From: Podarcis gaigeae
Lineage: Eukaryota
DNA: 64,000 nt
Strand: one strand, 5' to 3'
NCBI GenBank assembly: GCA_964106915.2
Contig: OZ066916.1
In this document: positions 25,591 through 38,450 of the stretch, piece by piece
Position numbering within the stretch: the first letter of the stretch is position 1
Layout: each line of letters starts with the position of its first letter
Position numbers and translations under genes: made by a program
The notes under the pieces: generated by a model
The model's input: the letters and a program-made list of their open reading frames with translations, nothing else
What the model was told of the DNA's origin: nothing
Databases searched by the model: none

Positions 25591-26240
25591 GATGCCCCAA
25601 GTCTACTATGTGGGAACTTTAATGCCCGCATTGGCGATGGCCCAGAGGGAAGCCTAACATCACGTGGAATAGATCTGGGTGACATTTTCCCCTTTACTCG
25701 TACTTCCATGGATAAGAAAGTTAACCCCCAAGGACTGAAACTCCTAGAATGGGTTTTTCTGCACAGTTTCTTGATATTAAATGGATGCCCAGCTGACACC
25801 TCCAAGGGCCAACTCACTTTCTTACATAGTGAGGGAGGAAGTGTTATTTGTTGTTGTTTAGTCATTTAGTCGTGTCCGACTTCATGACCCCATGGACCAG
25901 AGCATGCCAGGTACTCCTGTCTTCCACTGCCTCCCGCAGTTTAGTCAAACTCAAGCTGGTAGCTTCGAGAACACTGTCCAACCATCTCATACTTTGTCAT
26001 CCCCTTCTCCTTGTGCCCTCCATCTTTCCCAACATCAGGGTCAGTTTCACCACCACTCTTCAGCCTGGTGAAAATAGTAGACGTACTGGTAAGAATTGAA
26101 AGTGATCACTTCCTGCTTTTAGTTTCATTAGCTCCTTTCCTAGAATGTCAGCCTCCTGCAGAGTCAACGTGTACAGTTGGAGAATCTTTGGGCACGTCAA
26201 GAGTGAAATGGTCTCTGATGGTGAATGACGAAATACATAA
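25591..26240 (+). mobile_element. LINE APE-endonuclease fragment (RTE-X-like), interrupted by BovB
   Basis: Hand translation gives LLCGNFNARIG...TSMDKKVNPQGLKLL...LILNG...GQLTFLHSEGGSVI, then after the insert VSPPLF...IESDHFLLLVSL. Confidence 0.8.
25849..26042 (-). mobile_element. BovB (RTE) 3' fragment
   Basis: (CAA)n tail. Matches the 3' end of the 43409-44402 element. Confidence 0.92.
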
Positions 26241-27078
26241 GATCCTGGCGAGTGACTTCATGAAGAACCTACAACATCACCTCAGAAACATCTCAGCAAA
26301 CCCAGTTTCGGATTTTCTACAAATCAGCCCTTATCTAGCCAAGCCCAATACCACAAATAGCATTTTTATATGTAATTTTATATGTAATTGTGTATTTTTG
26401 TGATATTTTGTCTAAGTTGCCTGTTGTTGCTTCAGTTTCTTTTGTACACCACTTAGAGATATTTTAAATAATCAAATAATTAAATTAAGAGCTGAAAATT
26501 TCCATGTATCTACAAATACATAAGTGAGAATTTGCTGGTTTTATGCAAAGTTGCATCACAGGCCTGTGCTTTGGATCTTTAAAGTACCTAGCAACATCTC
26601 TGCCATTCATGCTTTCTGCCTTCCCCATCCACAATCACTGATTTATCCATTATTATCTGATCAGACTATGTGCCGTACCAGTGATCATAGTATGCATTTA
26701 TGAATGTGTATGTGTTCACCCATCCATGTGCATGAGAAGTTGCTGCAGATGCCATCCTTTAAAAAAAAAAAAAAGGAGTGAAGGATAAGCTAAGATTTAT
26801 AGAGGCAATGAAGCAATACATTGACTTTCTACTTTCACAATCTAGTGACCTGTATTCTAGTTTTCTAGATAAGATGACTCCAGCTTTAACAGTCATTGCC
26901 AACCGATTTTGGCATAACCAGCTACAGATCAAGCATGACTGCCTAACTGGATGGACTTGTCCCACTTCTCTCATGCAACAGAATGCTGCGTCAGCAAAAG
27001 CTTTTTCATATATAAAAAAATCCAGAGTCTTCATACTGACACTCAACATGCTGTTTCTAGTCTAGAATGATTCTAGAT

Positions 27079-27298
27079 CATTGGTTCCCAAACTACACCC
27101 CTCCCTGCCACAGACCACTTGAAAATCATTGAGATTCTTGGGAGACAACTTAATGATTTTTCTACCCATTGGAGCAATTGTAACACATTGTGCTAGATGC
27201 TGATGATTTAAACTGTATTTTTACAGAAACATTGCAGACCACCTGAATGAAGTTTGCAGACCACCAGTGGCCCAAGGACTGCAGTTTGGGAGCCCTGG
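27079..27298. mobile_element. hAT-Charlie-like MITE
   Basis: Ends CATTGGTTCCCAAACT...AGTTTGGGAGCCCTGG with TSD TTCTAGAT on both sides. Confidence 0.85.
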
Positions 27299-28805
27299 TT
27301 CTAGATCTTGCTGTCCACAAGAGTGAGTGTGGTTACTTGATACACATTTGAAAACCTTCCCCTTGATTAGGTTATCCATGTCTTTTCCTTCCTGCGCATG
27401 TCCCAGGTGACTGAAGAAGGAAGTGGTGATTGTGATCTCAGTGTTATGTCCACCTACACTCTCCATTTCTGGGGTTGCCTACTTCTGTTTTCAAATGTGG
27501 ACTACACAGCAAAAACAAGAGCTCAGTTTCCACTGATTCTAGAATAAAACATTGTATGTACACAGCCCTCACATGGGAAAACTGATCTCCTAAGTCATAG
27601 ATATTGCAACATCTCCTCTACGGCAGATCATTTTTTAAAAAAATTATAGAGTGCTCAGAAATCCTCAGAAATGCAACAGGCTGTACCTTAGCAAGAGCTG
27701 CACAACGTAGCTGGGCTTTTAAAAAGTTGTTTAGCTTCTACATCATCAATTAAATGGATAGAATCTTTTGAAATGAGTTCCACCCTCTCCTTAAATATTT
27801 GCTGTATGCTAGAAGCAATGCCAACAGCTGATTGTGTTTTACGAGCGCTTCCCATCCTCTAAATGGTGTGGTGCTGATTGATGAATGGCTGTTTTGATTC
27901 CCATCTTTGCTTGGAACTTTGCGCAGGGAGTTTCACAGTGGAAGGATCTTAGGGTTAGTGAGCCACGCCATCAAAGGAGGACGTCAGAGGGAATCTTTTG
28001 AGGTTAGGCTTCTTTTATGTGGATTTGGTGGTTTTAGGCACTTGCTACATTTAGAGTTAAAAGCTCATTTAATGATGCAATGAAATGTGAGAGTTGCAAG
28101 ATAAGAGGAGAGGGGCAGAGATCCAACACATGGATGTAAATGGGGTGATATCATATTCCACATATTAAAAATCATTACCTCCTTGTTAGCCCAAGCAACA
28201 GTCCAGATTTCTGTACATTTGGAAACACTCAGGCATAGCGGGAGAAATTCAAGTCACTGGAGCTACCGCAGGGATAAATTTAGCTTGTTGCTGAAAAGCC
28301 ATTGTATGCCTCATGGAAAACACAATTTCACAATAACAATACTTGGCACTTATATAAGAAGTTAGATTTCAAAACATTGACTAAAACTCTCACAACAGTG
28401 GCAGCTAGTGAGATTCAAGGGTTGGGCACCCACAGCCCTACTTTCCTGTTCTGTCCTTCCTCGATACCAGAGCCAGTGTCCACACGTGGGAACCTTGTGG
28501 TTCTGTCAGGATCTCAGTGCCTGGCAGTGCCCACCACCAAGGCTTTCCTTGCCCCCACACCACTTTACATTTTTTCCAGGCCCAGTACTCTGATCATCAT
28601 GGGAAAGCTGGGTTGAGCCACTACTTTAATTATCCGCAATGCCCTTGACATATTGTCATTCCAGGGCAATATGGGAAATCAAATTGGTGGCTAGGCCTGG
28701 CCACCTGCACTGCATGGACTGTTGCTGTCTGCCACAGCCGGGTTAGCCCACTAGAGAAGAAGCCCAACAGAGGTACCTCTCAAATCAACAGCCAGCACTC
28801 GGTTA

Positions 28806-29140
28806 AAGGTAAAGGTAAAGGGACCCCTGACCAGTCGTGACCGACTCTGGGGTTGCAGAGCTCATCTCACTTTATTGGCCGAGGGAGCTGGCATACAAGT
28901 GACCAGCATGACTAAGCTGCTTCTGGCGAACCAGAGCAGCGCACGGAAATGCCGTTTACCTTCCCTCCAGAGTGGTACCTATTTATCTACTTGCACTTTA
29001 ACGTGCTTTCGAACGGCTAGGTTGGCAGAAGCAGGGACTGAACAAGGGGAGCGCACCCTGTCGCGGGGATTTGAACCGCTGACCTTCTGATCGGCAACTC
29101 CTAGACTCTGTGGTTTAGCCCACAGTGCCACCTGCGTCCC
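28806..29140 (-). mobile_element. Sauria SINE
   Basis: Sauria body with 12-bp TSD AGCACTCGGTTA. Confidence 0.94.
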
Positions 29141-31223
29141 AGCACTCGGTTAGGTGCATTATAAATCTGGGTCACTCACAAGAACTAATTGGAGATCCGC
29201 CTTAACATTAAGATCTATAAAGCACAATAAAGTACCTGTTAGTGATGGATGCAAAAAGTTAAACTGTAGAAATTCAGTTTTATATATTGTAATTCAGAAT
29301 TTGACACCTGCTTCACCCAGACTCCCAACCTGCCTTCCCCATTCCTTTCTAAAAGGTAGAAGTACATCTTGCCAGCATTGTTTATCCCAAACTCAGTTCT
29401 GCCTGCTTTTCTATGGGATCAAACTGTCAGTCACTTGTTGCAATTGGTAGACCTTTGTTTCACCCCTGTTTTATAGGCTAAGTAGGTCCTGCCATTACAT
29501 CAGCTGTCACGAGCAATTTCCTATCAATGTACCACCCAGGCTTATGTTAAAATGTCTTCCTATTGGAAGCCAGGAGAAGTTAAGGTCTTTGGATTCCATG
29601 TGTTTTGATGGGGGCAGATTTTAAATAACCATCTTTCACCCCAGGGCTGGCTCACCCATGAGACCGGGTGAGGAGATTGCCTCAGGCGGCAGGGTTCCCA
29701 GTGGCAGCAGATCCCGATGTTGATCTTTCTTCCCATCACCTTGCTCTTGGATGTCAGTCTGCATTCACCCCTTCTTCCCTGGCAGTGAGAGGAGCACCTG
29801 ATTTGGGGCTTTGTCTCTGGTGGCAAAATGTATTGGGCTGACACTGCCTCACCCCAAGTTAATACTTCGGCCTTTCCAACAAAAGTACTAAAAAAAAGAA
29901 TTAGCACATTCAAAGGAAATGGTATCGGTAAAGACTGGGAACTGGCAGCGTTGTAACACGATAACCCAGTGAAATCTCTCCCACACAAGAATGTTCCTGC
30001 TCATTAATCCTGTGGGTGTGGTTCTGTTAATACTTTAGTATTTTAGAGTAGATCCAGTCCCAGTAATAAACCTGGACCAACTTAAAAACCCCTCATTTAG
30101 CTTATCTAATGAACTTTGGGGAACGAAAAAACAGGGGCAAAGAATCCCAGAAACATCGCAGTACCTTTGAGCCTCTCTCCTGTACATGCATATTCAGAAG
30201 GAAGCTCCACGAAGTTCAGTATATACCTTACAATAGTTATGAGGATGCTTTCAGCATGGGTCACACAGACACCCTTTTCTCTATCTCTTTTTCTCTATTT
30301 GAGCAAAAAGGGATTTGAGACTTTGACACGGATATCTATTTACGGTAAATGTTTATAAGCACTTGCCCATTTTTTCTGGACAATTTTCCAATTCAGAAAA
30401 CACGTATCACTACTCAAATGTGAAGTAGATTTGCAGCCCTTCTTTGGGATTTCAATTTAATCTCTTTAACAAAACCACCTGCCTCAAATACATGTTTCCC
30501 TTAAATGTGTTGCTTACTCAAAGTATGTATGAGCACACTTTCAGGTAGATAACGGTATATATTATTGCTTCAGGGACCTCTCATTTTAAAGCAATGCATA
30601 TTCCTATGGAAACATCTCAAGCAAACAAACCATCCCTGATCTTCACTTCTGTCCTCTTCATCACTGCTGACTTTCATCTAAACAAACATACGCCTACCTA
30701 ACTGATCCACACACCCAAGCCCAAATATGTCACAGCATGTGAAATATGATGATGAAATGATGATGCATTCTGACACCTGGCACAGGCGCCAACACACACG
30801 GCGGCATCACTAGCACCCTCTGCTGCTGAAGGCAGGTAGCTGCTACTCCAAGAACTGTCTGGTTCATCTAGACCAGTGGCTCATGCAGTGTACCGGATGC
30901 ACATTAACAATCACAATTTGACTCAGCTGCTGTGCTACAAACAATTCACAGCACGTTAAACTGTGTCAAGCAACCTCAGTAATATGAACGCTGCCAACGA
31001 GCAAGGACATCTGTTTCTGAGAGATCTTAAGTTCGTTTGAGTTAGTTAGCCATACAGGAACATGGTGATTCATGCACTGGTAACCTCACAGCTCAATTAT
31101 TGCAATGCACACTATACAAGGCTTTTCTTTGGCTTGGCTTGGAAGCTTCAGCTGGTGAAAATTGCTGTGGCTAGACTGTTGATGCGGACAGACTGCCACC
31201 AACACATAACTCTGGCGCTCAAA

Positions 31224-31478
31224 ACAAAATTTTTTTTCCTTCCAGTAGCACCTTAAAGACCAACTAAGTTAGTTCTTGGTATGAGCTTTTGTGTGCATGC
31301 ACACTTCTTCAGATACACACTATATCTGAAGTGTGTATCTGAAGAAGTGTATCTGAAGAAGTGTGCATGCACACAAAAGCTCATACCAAGAACTAACTTA
31401 GTTGGTCTTTAAGGTGCTACTGGAAGGAAAAAAACTTTTGTTTTGACTATGGCAGACCAACACGGCTACCTATCTGTA
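31224..31478. mobile_element. Penelope-like inverted terminal-repeat insertion with hammerhead-like cores
   Basis: About 99-bp inverted arms (31220-31318 and 31347-31445). Duplicated flank TCTGGCGCTCAAA at 31211 and 31479. Confidence 0.85.
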
Positions 31479-31551
31479 TCTGGCGCTCAAATGCTTGCCG
31501 TGGTTGCCCATATGCTACCAGACCAGACTTAAGCTTGTTGTTTTAATTTAC

Positions 31552-31721
31552 CAGGGGTGGATCTAAACCACTATAAATAAGTCAGAAATTGGATCATTTT
31601 AGCAAGAAAAAATCTCTATAGAAATTGTGTTTTAAAATTTCCTGCTCTCTGGCACCATCTGGTGTTGCATGTTTATAGTGCATTCAAATCAGTGTTTCTT
31701 TACTAATGCAGCTGACTCCCC
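31552..31721. mobile_element. hAT-like MITE inserted in the L2 fragment
   Basis: Starts CAGGGGTGGATCTA and interrupts the L2 reading frame. No clear TSD. Confidence 0.55.
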
Positions 31722-32166
31722 AGTCCTTAACAGTTTGGGTCCAGGATACTTCAGGGATTGCCTGATCCCTTATATCCCTGCTAATCCCAGAGGTCTCTTT
31801 GTGGTCCCCCATGGTTCGTATCCATTTTTTTAATGTCACCTGCTTTCTTTCTTGCTTTCCTGATTGATAAACTACTTAATTTGGATTTTCTTCCCATCCA
31901 CTCATTGGCTCCATGCATGGGAATTATTTATGATTTATTAATTGTATTAATAAGGCATGATAGAAATATGTTAAATTAATAAATAAGCATTTTCTTTAAA
32001 GAAGAAAAGCCAAACACTTCTCCAAGGATTTCAATATATCTCCATACCATTGCAGACATAATGCAATGTCATGATGAAGCTGCTTGGATATACCTTTACT
32101 TTGATAAATAAACCATTTAAAACGTAATAGTTTATATCTGCAATTTCAATTAAGTACTAACTCTTG

Positions 32167-32233
32167 TGCCTGGCGTGCTCTGGTCCATGGGGTCACGAAG
32201 AGTCGGACATGACTAAACGACTAAACAACAACA
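32167..32233 (+). mobile_element. 67-bp BovB 3' tail insertion
   Basis: Contains GGTCCATGGGGTCACGAAGAGTCGGAC...(CAA)n with 11-bp TSD ACTAACTCTTG. Confidence 0.92.
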
Positions 32234-32756
32234 ACTAACTCTTGGGCTGCATGTTTGTTTGATCTTCATTTTTTTATGGTGCTTAATATGTAGCATTCTG
32301 TATTTTTGACAAATTTATTGAACAGATGCTTTTAAAAGACAATAGGAAATAAAACACAACTTCTTGCTTCTAACTTTTAAAGGTCTGCGTAATTCCACCT
32401 TCCCTCGTACTAAATTTAAATGTTTGGAGAAAGAGAGAGATAATCTTCAGCTGAGAATAGAAAATTGAGATAGGTAGGTGTTAATTATTTTGGTAAGTGC
32501 CTAATTATAATTAACACAACCAACAATTCCTGGTAATTGGCCTCCATAGAGTTTGATCATTAGCTTGTGAAATCAGTCAGTGCTCCAGCTGACCCCTTGC
32601 ATAGGAAATGGTAAGAAAAACGTAAAACAAGTCTTTTGCTGCAAGTAAGCTGCAGGGGGTGTGCATGTGTGCCACACATAATGAGCATACTTTTATAATC
32701 TGTGCATTACTCTTCGTAGCTCAGCATACATAATGTTGAGCTTGGAGCAACAGTAA

Positions 32757-33118
32757 GGTAAAGGTAAAGGTACCCCTGCCCGTACGGGCCAGTCTTGACA
32801 GACTCTGGGGTTGTGCGCCCATCTCACTTAAGAGGCCAGGGGCCAGCGCTGTCCGGAGACACTTCCAGGTCACGTGGCCAGCGTGACAAAGCTGCATCTG
32901 GCGAGCCAGAGCCGCACACGGAAACGCCGTTTACCTTCCCGCTGGTAAGCGGTCCCTATTTATCTACTTGCACCCGGAGGTGCTTTCGAACTGCTAGGTT
33001 GGCAGGCGCTGGGACCGAGCAGCGGGAGCGCACCCCGCCGCAGGGATTCGAACCGCCGACCTTTTGATCGGCAAGTCCTAGGTGCTGAGGCTTTAACCCA
33101 CAGCGCCACCTGCGTCCC
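32757..33118 (-). mobile_element. Sauria SINE (CpG-rich, probably young)
   Basis: Complete head and tail, short TSD AGTAA. Confidence 0.93.
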
Positions 33119-33575
33119 AGTAACCAGAGTTTAAATCCCAAGTTCAAAATGGTTTGTGAGCAGCACCATGCAAGCTGACACACAACTGTTCTTGAGATGC
33201 TATCATTTGTGTGATGCCAAGTCCACACACCCACCCAAGACTCTGAGGCAGCCTCCACCGTGTGGAAGACATTCTGAATTTCTGAACCAGACCCACTTGC
33301 CCCACAGCTTGGCCCCTGTGCTCTCTCAATCTGATCCAGTGTTATAGTTTGCGTTCCGGCTCTGTGTTTTCAGAGTCCTGTGTAATAAAATGGTCGTCTG
33401 GATATGCCCTAGAGATTTACATTCACTCCAAGTGCCCAAGTTTGCTAGGCCCTAATTTGGGGAAAAAATCACTCTCCTTATTATGACTCTAATTTTGACT
33501 TTTAGGGAATGTCTTGTTATTGTCATTGTGAATTGCCTGATGCGTCATTCTTTGGGCCTCAGCTTCCTTGCCAGG

Positions 33576-33797
33576 CAGGGGCGGAGGAAGGGGGGTGCGG
33601 AGGGTGTGGACCGCCCCAGGTGTCACCACGGAGGGGGGTGACAAAATGTCAGGTGGCACTCACCGGGCACGTGCACTGCCCAAACAGTCTGCTTGCTGCC
33701 TCCCCCTCAGCTGTAGGGTGGCTGAGTGGGAGGAGGCAGGCAGACTCCAGAGGCCCCACCCTCGCTCCACCCCTATGGGCAGCTTTCTCCGCCCCTG
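33576..33797. mobile_element. GC-rich hAT-like MITE
   Basis: Inverted ends CAGGGGCGGAGGAAG and CTTTCTCCGCCCCTG. TSD not found. Confidence 0.6.
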
Positions 33798-34451
33798 GGC
33801 GCGCCACTCCATGCGCCTGAGCAGCTTCCTCTGCTGCTGTTCCCAGGGTCTCTTGAAGTGGAGAGAAGATTCACCATCTCTAGCACTCATGCATGCATGT
33901 GTAAGAACATCAAGGCGCCATGCACGCAGCATGCTACTCCATGCCTAACAGCTGCTGCAGTCTATAACTGTTGGTAGTCTAAGGGAGGGTTCAGACACTG
34001 CTCCATGCATGAAAGGGACTGTGGGGCCATGCAGGCTAGTCACATTCCCACCATGCACAACCCACCACACCATCTGGGCATTGGACTGGCATTCTACAGA
34101 TGCACACCAGTATGTACTCAAAGCCCCTTTGCATGCCAGCCAAACTCATGGGCTCATGAACTCAAGTGTGGCCACGGCTTACACTGGAGGTGGAGCCAGC
34201 CTGCTCAACCCCTCACGCATTCTTTCAATGTGTGTGGGGGTATTCTGCAGTATACTGAAAGGAAAGATAAGCAATGCACGGCCTTAGGAGTAAGGGTGGC
34301 CCTTGAAGTGTCAGCATCGCCCTTGAGCCAGTGCCACGAACTGGACTCATCCACTTCAGCCCCGACTGGGCTAGGCGAGCTGGGTAGCACTTCCAGAGAC
34401 CACCTTCTGGACAGGAACAGGTCAAAGTGCTGTGGACTCACAGCTTAGAGT

Positions 34452-34867
34452 TGTGAGCACCGGATTCACTCCCACAAGAAGACAGTCGTTGCACAGCAGA
34501 GTATAGCAGAGCATAAATGACTGGCAGAGCGGCTCTGTAGAATAACTACTTTTATTCTATCTACAACTATCATACAACTATATACAGAGCTAAATGAGGT
34601 CTAAGCATAAAGAATGCTACACTACACTGAGTGTCTGCAGCTGCTCTTAGCAGCAACCTTATCTATACACACGATCTCTAACATTCAGTCTCTCTCTCTC
34701 CGACACACTGACTGACTGACTGACTGACTGACTGACTGACTCTTTGATGTGGTGCTGGAGCAGAATAAGTAGAGAGCAGAACACTGCTCCTCCTCTCTGG
34801 AGAATCAGCAGACTCATCAGGAGATTCTTGGATATGGGAGGGGTGAAATCTCCTCATGAAGTAATAC
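34452..34867 (-). mobile_element. Possible solo LTR containing a (CTGA)n microsatellite
   Basis: Minus-strand AATAAA and an LTR-like layout. Boundaries uncertain. Confidence 0.35.
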
Positions 34868-36165
34868 TTTGTATTGTGAGTACAAAAAGCATCGCCTTAT
34901 ATTTGTTTACGGAACTTTGGAGAGTATGGATTTCACTGCTCTGTTTGGCATTATTTTGCCCTTTCTCCCCCCGCAGCCTGTCTGGATGCACTTTGTTTTG
35001 CTGTCAGATAAACCTCCTGTTTATGGTCCCGTCAGCATTTTCATTGCAAGCTCCCAAGGCTAATAATAAATTGAGCTACAGTATTAGTTCATGGCGGGAA
35101 GCAGTAATCATGGCAGGTTGCAGAACTCCTGACTGTGAATTATATAACTGGGAGCTGTAGAGATAAACAGTGGGAACAACATGCAAATCCCTTTGCGTTA
35201 AATTGGCCTGATATGCAAATACAAAGTATACATTGGCTAGAATGGCTTTTGGTTTCAAAACGCCCCCACCCAGGCTATTCCCCATTAAAAAATGTTCACA
35301 TGTGGCATTTAAGCTAAATCATAACGACTTCTTCAGCCAAACTAGAGTTGACTGAAGGTGTGTGGCTCACAGTTAACAGAAGGTTGGAAATTATGGTGAA
35401 TCTCATAAAGATTCTGGTGCCCCACTTCATAGCTGCCTAACATTTTCTGGTGTAATAAAAGTACTTTAGTTTTATGAAAAGTGAAAAAAGAGAGAGAGAG
35501 AATGTCAGTGCAGGGCAAGCATTTGAAAACCTGCAAAATAATTCACACAACTGACAAGAGGTGGTGGAAGTGGGGTAGGAACTGGCAATCCCTTTAATCA
35601 AAGAGGTGAAAATGGTTAGGTCAAGAATCTCACTTCCATGAAATGCCACTCTCAGACTCTGCCACACAGGAAAGACAGGCATTTCATAGCTGCCTGTGAG
35701 TGAACCAGCCAGACCTTGATATCTACAGGCTTTCCTCCTTTTCTGTGTGATGTCATAAGACCACAAGGAGAGCCCTGCTGGATCAGTCCAAAGGCCCTTT
35801 TCATCCAACATCCTGTTCTCACAGTGAACAACCAGATTTCTAGGGGAAACCAAGAAGACCCTGAGTGCAACAGCGCTCTTCTCGCTTGGGATTCTTAGCA
35901 ACTGGTAATCTGAGGCATACTGCCTTTGACAGTGGAGGTAGAAGATAGCCTTGTCGTCCATGAGCTTGTCTTTCAAAACCATCCATGAACTGGGTGAACC
36001 AAATATGAACTGGGCGAAAATGTGTTTTCTTCTGTCTGCCCTGAAACTGATGACTTCTGTCACTGGACACCATCTACCCTTTGAGCAAGAAGAAGAGAAC
36101 ATTTTTTAAAATCAGTGTTTTACTATTTTAAAATTGTAAAGCACAACAGTGGTACATAAGTGCAT

Positions 36166-36256
36166 ATCTATCTATCATCCATCTATCTATCATCTATCTA
36201 TCTATATCTATCTATCTATCTATCATCTATCAATCATCTATCTATCATCTATCATC
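36166..36256. repeat. (TATC)n / GATA microsatellite
   Basis: Read directly. Confidence 0.95.
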
Positions 36257-38397
36257 TTCCAACCTTCAGTTTTATTGGATGGCTGTGATTTCTAGCATTT
36301 AGAAAGTCCCTGTCCTGGGAAAGGAGTGAGCCAGCTGTGAAATTAGGATGGAAAAGCACCATAGGAAAATAGCAGTGTGGTGCCAATACCTCTTCACCAC
36401 AAACAGACACACCAAAAGTTGGCTGTGGCCATGTGTACTCAGCCTTGCTTCAAGAGGTTTTGTATTTTTTCTATTTTTGGAGGGCTGTTCTCTTAGCAGC
36501 TCCACAATAATTTTTAGGACTGAATGCTTGAAGCAGAGCCCACTGCTTAAGCCACCTTAGCTGACAGACATTCATGCCTTGGAAAAATGTCAGGTGAGCT
36601 TAAATTGCCCTTTCTTTGGAGGCAGGCTGGGGGAACTAAGCTATTAATAATGTGTGGTACTAGCATTTGTAAATTATCTGGTTTTCTGTTGTAATGTTAC
36701 CCCAAGAAAGAATCTTCCTCTTGGCACTGAACAGAGTAAATTGCCACAGTAGTACAAGTAAATATTTGTTGTGAAGAAGTTTGCAGTTTTGTCAGCCACC
36801 TCCCTATTAATACATTAATCCATTCTATGGCACTGGGCAGGTTTTGCATCATGGGAATTGGGGGTGATTAAATATTGGTCAACCAAGAAAGCCATTGCAT
36901 TGAGTGGTGTGTGGGGCAAGGGGGGGCACTAAGCCCTGTGGCTTGAGAGGAATGAGGAAGCCTCAAGTATTTTCCTTCAACATTTTGGATGTTGTTCAAG
37001 TTCCTGGTTCATGTTATGAATATGGGCTAATTGCTAACCCAGAAAGAGGTTCCTTCAGAGGAGATTAACTAATTCCATTTGCTTGAGTGAAAGGCCTTTC
37101 TTCCCAGCGTAGAATTGTAGAAAAATAGGCTCAAGCAACTAGATAAGAACAACATGAATTACTTGTGATTTCTCAGTGGTATCGCAATTGCTGTCCATTT
37201 ATTGAAATTCATAACTGCCCCATGAGCAAAACACGAGCCCACTTCTCACATTGCTTCAAGCTCTGTGTAAAAATAATTATAGAACTCTCATTCACAGTCA
37301 TACATGTGCCTTGGGTAGAAAACACACTTCCGTACTTTTCAGCTATTCACGTTGCATGTAAAAACATTACAGAAGCGAGGACAAGTGGGCTAAGCTCTGT
37401 CCTCCCTGCTGCTAGCCTGGTAGCCTTCCATAAATTGGAGGGGAAACTTCAGAAGTGAGGCATCTCCATGAGTACAGGAATCTTCTCACTTCAGAGTTTG
37501 CTATGAGGGTAGCTACGATAGGTGGGCCTTAGCTTGCTCCTCTCTGCTCATGTATTACTATTACATGTCCTCCAACATGTTCAGGCCCAAAACTGGGCTG
37601 CACATCTTCTGGGCTGTGCTCCTGAGAGAGTAACAGGACCTCCGTGAGATCATCCCCCCCAAAAACACCTTTTGGTGGGGTTGAGATTGTAGCACCCCAA
37701 ATGGCTGCTGTGCTCTCACATGAAGAAACAGGATGTCCCGGTTTTCCCGGGACAGTTGAGGGGTTTGTTATTTTTATTAATTTCATTCCATACCACTTAA
37801 TATTTTTAAGGAAAAGAAATCTCAAAGCAGTTTGCAGCACATTCAAACATCAAATAAAACAATCCAGAATAAGTCATTACTGAATAAAGTCAAGTATAAA
37901 ATATACATTCAAACTTAATTAATAGGAAATCATTAAGCCAATAAAGGCTGAATGAATTAATGAAAATGAATAACAGGAAATTAAAATATTATCTTCAAAA
38001 GAAAACAATACTAAAGGAAGTCAAAGATACCGTAAAATGCACATTTAAAACCGCATAACTGACAAAAGATAAAAATATTATTGTAAGCATAGAATATATC
38101 TGCTGCCTTTGCAGTCTAATCCTGCCAATGGTGGTTTGTGGCAGGTGGGGGCTGTGGAAGCTCAGTCTCAATGACCTGGGTCTGCACCAAGAGACAGCTA
38201 CGATGGTCTCCAGCCTCAGCTTTTGTAGCTAGAGTCAATCAGCATCCCACCCTCCAATCCCAGGTGGAAAAAAAGGCCTGCAAGGCAGGGAGCCCATCTT
38301 CCAGGACTCACAGCCAAGATGCTGTTAGACACAAGGAGAATGCCTGAAGAGGGTTATAACCAGTACTTCTGACTTCCTTTTTCTACATGATTGTTCT

Positions 38398-38450
38398 CAG
38401 TGCTTTTCCGGTACTGCGTACCCTTGTGTACCCCCTGAAAAAAAGCACTG
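38398..38450. mobile_element. 53-bp hAT-like mini-MITE
   Basis: CAGTGCTTTT...AAAAGCACTG with perfect 8-bp TSD ATTGTTCT. Confidence 0.88.

Larger units (their letters stand above)
31062..31800 (+). mobile_element. Old L2 fragment hosting two nested insertions
   Basis: Encodes VIHALVTSQLNYCNA...KLQLVKIAVARLL...HITLALK | CLPWLPI...LKLVVLIY | LNSLGPGYFRDCL. Confidence 0.85.

Noticed and set aside
33509-33977. GC-rich region as a CpG-island promoter or first exon (for example KCNK5)
   Set aside because: The GC content is explained by a MITE with inverted ends, and no K2P-like peptide is encoded.
35437-36102. 221-aa minus-strand ORF
   Set aside because: No recognisable domain, and it overlaps a degraded CR1-type 3' repeat (about 35770-35960).
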